Part shown: positions 63,400 through 64,000 of the stretch, piece after piece
Position numbering within the stretch: position 1 is the stretch's first letter
Layout: each line of letters opens with the position of its first letter
Assembly: GCA_012295275.1 (NCBI GenBank)
Contig: CM022675.1
Coordinates: 4,526,001-4,590,000 of the forward strand
Direction: 5' to 3'
Source: Chrysomallon squamiferum
Lineage: Eukaryota; Animalia; Mollusca
Length of the DNA stretch: 64,000 bases
Notes under the pieces: generated by a model
Told to the model about the DNA's origin: nothing
Seen by the model: the letters and a program-made list of their open reading frames with translations, nothing else
Database searches by the model: none
Translations under genes and position numbers: made by a program

Positions 63400-63966
63400 T
63401 TTGTAATAAATTTGTGTAAGGTTTGTGATTGCTACATCTGTTGGAAACTGTGAGGCATCCCAATTGGAATTGAGGCTTTCGGAATTTGGAATAAAGTTTC
63501 CTTATCCTTTTATAACAATAAGAAAAAATCATAATAAACAAACAAACATATATAAATAATAAAAATAACAAATGATAACAATAGAAAAAAAAAAGGTGGT
63601 ATGAGACACTGTTAACGCTGATTTGAGAAAACATTTCCTTCAAGAGACAAATTTTACATCAGTTCAGATTAATACTTAAAATGTTAGTGTAAGAACAAAT
63701 TTCATATAACACAGAAATAAAGTAAAAAAGAAATCGCAATGTTGAAAATTTCAATAAGATGTTAGGATAAAGTATAAATATAAAATACTGCGTAAAAATA
63801 ATAATACAAATAATGCAAACAATAAAAGCGGTGTTAGACATTATTAACATCGGGTTTTAAACAACAACAATAACAACTACAACAACAACATTTAAATAAA
63901 TAAATAACAAAAAATGTATTAAAAACTAAAAAAAATAATGTTTTGAAGCACTGTTAATACGGGATA

Positions 63967-64000
<34 letters not shown>
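63400..64000 (-). other. 3' flank/UTR-like sequence of a further receptor copy beyond the window
   Basis: 63790-63900 matches 20-120, ~14470-14570 and ~23780-23870, each of which lies just downstream of a tail exon. Confidence 0.65.

Overview
Very AT-rich, microsatellite-dense, intron-containing animal DNA with TTAGGG-type repeats. A mollusc or cephalopod origin is plausible from composition but is an inference only. The window is almost entirely a tandem array of ~9-10 kb segmental units. Each unit carries a minus-strand copy of one 10-exon gene for a type I transmembrane receptor: signal peptide; a C-type-lectin-like domain (CTLD) split in two with a WSC domain inserted between the halves; a second degenerate CTLD; a Thr/Ser stalk; a TM helix; and a long cytoplasmic tail of repeated tyrosine motifs. 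Seven copies are present. Three look potentially functional (15012-20279, 24007-30786, 43651-48372, the last spanning an N gap) and four are damaged or partial. 3'-flank sequence at the right edge suggests an eighth copy beyond the window. The copies are mosaics: near-identical N-terminal exons and similar tails, but strongly diverged central exons, variable stalk length and variable tail length. Also present are two composite interstitial TTAGGG satellites at rearrangement junctions, a Tigger/pogo remnant, a hAT (Buster/Charlie-like) remnant, inverted duplications and conserved CpG-rich non-coding blocks. All exon models were read by eye from GT/AG boundaries and phase consistency; no database search was run.
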